A DNA stretch of 63,609 nucleotides, the filler included, from Craspedostauros australis (lineage: Eukaryota), in NCBI GenBank assembly GCA_030167865.1. It is 5 parts of 5 records of this genome, joined end to end, with 100 filler letters (N's around TTAATTAATTAA, not from the genome) between each part and the next. Parts side by side here need not be neighbours in the genome. Positions count along the whole stretch, not along the records: positions 59,161 to 63,609 come from JALAGF010000852.1; 4 more parts are not named here. One strand, written 5' to 3'. The notes beneath the pieces are model-generated. The model did not search any database. It was not told where the DNA came from and saw only the letters and a list, made by a program, of their open reading frames with translations. The position numbers were made by a program, and so were the translations under genes. Below, piece after piece: positions 59,500 to 63,609 of this stretch (its first letter is position 1; every line of letters begins with the position of its first letter).

Positions 59500-62090
59500 C
59501 TTCGATGATGTCATCCAGCATTGCTTGCGACTGTCCAACACGATTCATTTGCTCACGCAGCTCATGGCGCTTTTGGATGTCTGTTTCGAGTTCTGCATGT
59601 AGACTGCAAACCCAAGTTGATCTGACAAAGAGCCTCCACTTCTTCGTCAGGCAACCCACGCCGGACTGCGACGCAGCCTGCAAATGTCCCAACTCAATGA
59701 TTGCAGTGTCTCTCTCTCTCTCTCTCTTTGGTTGCATGCTGCAGCTCGATGACGCGATGCTCACCAGCATCTCGTCACTCTCAGCCAGCAAGACCTCGTT
59801 GTCTTTGTCAGTCCGTTCTTAGGCGTCAATGACTGCTTGTGGTTCGATCTGAAATGCATCAAGGTGTGATCTGGCCTCCTGTATGGCAGAGGCAAGGTCA
59901 CTTCCATGGCCTGGATTGGATTGCTGGTGCGTGCGCAACACTGGTTGATGCCTTCAACCTTCTCCGCTTGCTCCTTCGCCGCAATGGTCACTTGTTCCAT
60001 AGTACAAATCGTGGAAATCTCCTTCTTGGCATCGTTGGTCGTCACCTCCTTTGCCTCAAGCAGCTCCACAATGCGTGCCTTGTCCTTGATGGACTGTGAA
60101 TGGAGCTTAGCGATCGTCAGAGCATGTTGGCTTGTGACAGTTGCCACATGAGAAGCAGCTCGATGTCAACTTGCACATCTCCATTTGGTGTCTCCAACCC
60201 TTCCACAAGCTGCTCCCCTCCTGTGTTCATGGCAGTGATGCCTTTCACACAGGGACAATCATGTACCAAGGCTGATCGAGCAACCTGGACAGACTGGAGC
60301 AATGGTGCTTGTGGTTGGATTGGATTGATCTCCGAAGATGATGCTTGGGCATTGTGAGTGGCTGGCCCAGTTTGGCATCATTGAGTTCGCTGGTGTTGGA
60401 CAGTGATGGACCCATGCCATTGTTTGTTGCGACCCCACTCTTGTTCATTGTCAGTGTTGCTGTTCTTTCGCGTGGCGTCCCCTTGTGTGTCCCCTTGTGT
60501 GTCCCCTTGGGACGTTGTTCCTGCGTCTGTACCCGTTTCACCATTGCTGATATTACATATTGCGACCATCGCTTCTTCCCTTCTGGATGGATGTCTCTGT
60601 GTCCATACCCATTGGCAGCATTGGTGATTAATAGAGCCCAAACGTAATGGCTGTTGTCTTGTTGGCTGTTGTTTAGCTGTAGGCAGAGGCTTGACTGGCA
60701 AGCGGTCCAAACGTGAGTCTTCTGTTCCACAAGTAGTCAATTGAGAATACTGGTAGATGGTGAAGAAACGTGCGGATTATGAGATTAGTGCTATAGTTCT
60801 TTCCTTCGGGGAGGATCTCCTGTGGTGTCCTGAATGACAATGTGTGTGGGTTGTGTAGCCCAAGTACCGTGGGTCGAGATCCGTTGTCTGAGTTCCGTGA
60901 GAGACAATGGGCGATGATGCGCGTTGCTGGGGCTCTGTTTCCGTGTGTTGGCGTTTTGGCGATGGTGGGTGTCAGAAACTTGGTTATCGGAACACTCTAT
61001 TGGTTCCCTGACACGGGTTCCGAAGATCTACTTCAAGGTTCTGGATCTGTCCCCAAATGTGGGGTTCGGCGAAGTATTCGTTCGATCTACTGGAATGCTG
61101 ACGAGTCGGATGGTTCGTAGTCTCTCTCGCTAAGATGGATACTAGTTTAGCTCTATTACTGATATTTATGTACCATCCCCTTGTTCAACCCTGGAAATTG
61201 TGTGATACCTGAGCTTGCCACCAAGTAGGTGGACACCCTGGTGGAGCTGGCAGCGATAGTGTCAAGCATGCATCGACGAACGGATCAAATCCACTTGGGA
61301 CCATGCCATCATCATCATGCTCGCCCACATTCTCGTCAAGTTGACTGAAGGCATGAGATGCACTAGCAAGAGTAACTGTGGAGGCATCTGCTTGCTTTGC
61401 TATCTCACTGCCCTGCTGTCTCCATTCAGGGCATGGTCGATGACGATAATGCTCCTCCACCATCGAGATCTTGATGGTGCCCATTCTGCTCTGGTTCTTG
61501 CCATCAAGACCCAAGGTTGGGTCGAAATCAGTTGCTTGGGTTGCAATGTGGTGGCTGAAATCGTCCATACCATCGCTGGATGCGTCCAGCTCTTCCTCTG
61601 ATGACAAACTGTCGATGTGGCCAACTGATGGATTCATGGTGTGCCCTGCTTTGTTCTGGACAGGTGTGTGATGGATAAGTGGCATCTTGAGAGGGACCTG
61701 TGTGACTGATCATCATCCAAGGAAACGCCCCCAAAGTCACTGCCATCGTCGCTCCCACCACCCTGCATGTCTCCATCGTCGAAGTCATTGCCACTGATGC
61801 CCATGTTGATGTTGGCATTGCTGGAGCTGTCCGATGGACCAAAGAAGCCCATCTTGCTCTGCCCGATCCCATCTGAGTATGGAGCATGGTGCGCTGAAAG
61901 TGAGGAATGGTCAGCCAACGCTTTGCCAAAGGACTGAATGGAGGATTTTGACAGGAAAGCAGGTTGGAGAACATGTTCCCAATTGAATTCAATCTCTCTT
62001 TGCTTCATCACCTCTGCATTGTTGTGCATTGTTGTGCGTTGTTGTGCGTTGTTGCACGTTGTTGTGTGTGGGTTCGTGGCATGGATCCAC
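59500..62090 (-). pseudogene. Decayed coding-like sequence (coiled-coil and acidic fragments), probably a TE remnant
   Basis: Broken protein-like pieces on the minus strand in shifting frames, e.g. IKDKARIVELLEAKEVTTNDAKKE and DSLSSEEELDASSDGMDDF. Looks TG/CA-rich by eye. Family not recognised. Confidence 0.35.
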
Positions 62091-62410
62091 ACACCGTGGA
62101 GTGCTCAGTATGGTGGACTCCTCAGTATCGTGGAATGCTTTGTACTGTGTTCGGTGGAGTTCTCGCAGAGTCTCCATGTTGGTAAGCGTGGACGAAGGGA
62201 TCGTGCCGACCTCCATCCACCCCAATCACACGATCTTTGTGTTTTTTTTTGCCCAAGATCGTGTTTTTGTGTCGTGGATGCCACTTCGCATCGGATTTCT
62301 CGATCGGCGAAATGACCCAGAACAAGATGAGAAGAGAGTGAACAACTCGAACAAGATCAACGATCTAACATTCCAACATCCAAAGCTAGGGAGGCTACAT
62401 TTAGCCACCA

Positions 62411-63609
62411 TAATAATAATAATAACGCACTGATTATCCCCTCACACGAGGGTTGCCTCGAAAGCTTTAACGTCGCCGGCGTACAGCGAGCCCACACGGG
62501 CCGACTGCGCTCGAACGACCTACCTAGATCCCTCACTTCTTGGTCTACCGCGGGTTGCCAATTCCACGGGCCATCAAACATACCGCACTGGGCACGCAAC
62601 TGTTGTCGTCATGCACTTCACATTCTTTTTCTGTCATGGTGGAAGACGCCGCTGCCGTACCTGCCTGCCTGCTGTACGCTGCGTCGCACACGTCTTCCGT
62701 TTTTGCCGCCTTCCAAGCGGACTTCTTGTTCGTCGCTGCACTCCTGCCAATCAAGCTGCCCTGACATGCCGGACCCATCGCATCTGGTTCGGCGCGGACT
62801 GTGCCCGAACCGCCGCCTCTGTAGTATGAGTCAGCAGCCTGGCGTCGTCGCCGCTAATGTCCTGTGTGCCTTTGCGCCACTCGTCCTGCACCGCCTGCTC
62901 CGCTTCCCGGGAGACTTTGGCAGCCTCGGTCGCAACGTCGCTGTCATGCAGCACTTTGTTGCGTGCCATCCATGCTTTCCACCTGACGTCCCAGAGCCCT
63001 GCCATAGCTTTCGCAATCCAGTTCGCCGGCCGTCCGGGGCTATCGTTGACCAGCATAGTGGACTCCTGAATCTTCTGCCACTGTGCTGACCATCGTCCTC
63101 GCACTAGCATGCCCCAACCCATCTCCGCTTGTTCCTCGACTGCCTTCCTCAGCTGTGGGCCGCCGTCGACAGAAACTGTCCTACCCTCGCTCCATGCACG
63201 CACCTGTCGCACAAGCTCTCTCACCATCGTTCCATCGCCTCTCGCCGCCATCATCTGAGTTTCCCACTGCTTCAAGGCCTTGAGCCGCACCGCTACTGCC
63301 AGTGGGTGTGCGCATTGCAACACATGTTCCGTTGTCTCCTCTTGATCTTTGCATATGGGGCACTTGTCATGGCTCCAAAACTTCCACTTGCGCATGTTAC
63401 GCCCGACCGGCCCAAAGCTGCACGCGTGTTTCGCCACCCATTTCCGTCTCGACGGCTTCAGGGTTGCCATTGCCAGCCGAGCTGCATGAACGTCGACCTT
63501 TCCTGCTTCCGCCTTTTGGAGCCTGCCTACTTTGCATTGCCAGTGGACCGTCCGTCGCCCTTGAATGTATCTGCGCAACATCGGCGCCGCATCAGTGCAC
63601 ACCTTTCTC
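62411..63609 (-). mobile_element. 3' end of a non-LTR retrotransposon (C-terminal zinc-finger region of the RT ORF, >63609-62751, plus 3' UTR)
   Basis: CPICKDQEETTEHVLQC zinc finger, EQAEMGWGMLVRGRWSAQW and LWDVRWKAWMARNKVLH. Possible (TTA)5 tail at 62411-62425. The frame runs off the window. Confidence 0.78.

Overview
Eukaryotic nuclear DNA, most likely from a diatom. This is inferred from GT-AG introns, a class C GPCR, a CHASE-type hybrid histidine kinase, an HA-domain protein, an RNI-like LRR protein and COG3899-like ATPases. The window is not one contiguous sequence: four 100-nt spacers (N44-TTAATTAATTAA-N44) split it into five contigs, so adjacency across them is unproven. Coding content: three ~1350-1400 aa STAND/AAA_16-type ATPases, a SET-domain protein with an N-terminal anchor, an HA-domain gene in an apparently collapsed 4,067-bp tandem unit, a two-exon hybrid histidine kinase, a partial HtrL-like gene, a DTD2/ATD-like tRNA deacylase, an LRR protein, a MAPR cytochrome b5-like protein, a PH-START membrane protein, two-exon RPB10 and a partial class C GPCR. 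Non-coding and mobile content: a solo-LTR-like family with 6-bp target-site duplications, the 3' end of a LINE, an ankyrin pseudogene, a degenerate tRNA-like sequence and several tandem arrays. Best leads are (i) the ATD-like deacylase carrying an inserted CysRS C-terminal-like module, (ii) twin 20-bp-period palindromic-core arrays upstream of a STAND ATPase pair, (iii) the effector-less STAND ATPases and (iv) the 6-bp-TSD LTR family. All family assignments come from motif recognition by eye; no searches were run.
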